From positions 68,510,001-68,574,000 of the forward strand of contig NW_026262690.1 in the NCBI RefSeq assembly GCF_021869535.1: a stretch of 64,000 nucleotides of DNA. Reading direction: 5' to 3'. The notes below the pieces were generated by a model. That model searched no databases. It was not told the origin of the DNA and saw only the letters and a program-made list of their open reading frames with translations. This DNA comes from Mytilus californianus. Taxonomy: Eukaryota. The position numbers and the translations under genes are program-made. Shown here piece by piece: positions 63,633-64,000 of the stretch (positions are counted from its first letter, which is position 1; each line of letters opens with the position of its first letter).

Positions 63633-64000
63633 TAAATGACAAATGAAAATAATTTATTTTTATATCATAATCATGTAATAATAATGTTTCTTGTCACAAT
63701 CTGGCACAGATACATGTATGATAATAAATGTATATATGCTCGATACACAATAATATTGAAGTTTTCTTGCGTGAGTATCACCCAAATACAGAATTTTAAT
63801 GAAGTCATTTTTATAAGCTTATGATAGGATTTAATTTCTCATTACTTTCATTCGATCTCGCTCGTTTGACTCCGCGAAACAAATGCCTTGATGGCAGTAC
63901 TGTCTTTTTAATCTTTTATTCCTCTCTGATAGAAATGTTTTAGAATTTCATCACCCACACGAAACTTGTATCTTTTATGGTAGCATCAAGCATTCCTTGG

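Overview
AT-rich, intron-containing animal DNA. The repeat landscape suggests a bivalve, Mytilus-like mollusc (inference). No prokaryotic genes, rRNA, genuine tRNA genes or CRISPR arrays were found. The only host protein-coding content I can support is a cluster of three 5-coding-exon SLC16/monocarboxylate-transporter-like (MFS) paralogues with identical intron positions (all phase 1). Copy 1 (+, 17605-23450, 542 aa) is intact. Copy 2 (+, 34024-43474) is a tandem segmental duplicate of copy 1 with an in-frame TAA in exon 3 and a frameshift in exon 5. Copy 3 (-, 54149-47129, 491 aa) is intact, divergent and convergent with copy 2. The rest is a dense mosaic of mobile and repetitive DNA: two decayed non-LTR retrotransposons; several 5'-truncated Penelope-like (Naiad-type) insertions, four with apparent TT(A/C) 3-bp target duplications; four hammerhead-ribozyme-bearing repeats (one structurally intact); Helitron/HINE-like elements with internal satellites; a hAT-like MITE with a perfect 8-bp TSD; a Kolobok-like element; many hairpin MITEs; minisatellites; and a 3.5-kb fold-back structure with ~540-bp arms built of 21-bp repeats and flanked by GCATAT. 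A CpG-enriched patch with two GTCACGTGAC palindromes near 61.5 kb is a candidate promoter. All alignments and counts were made by eye.
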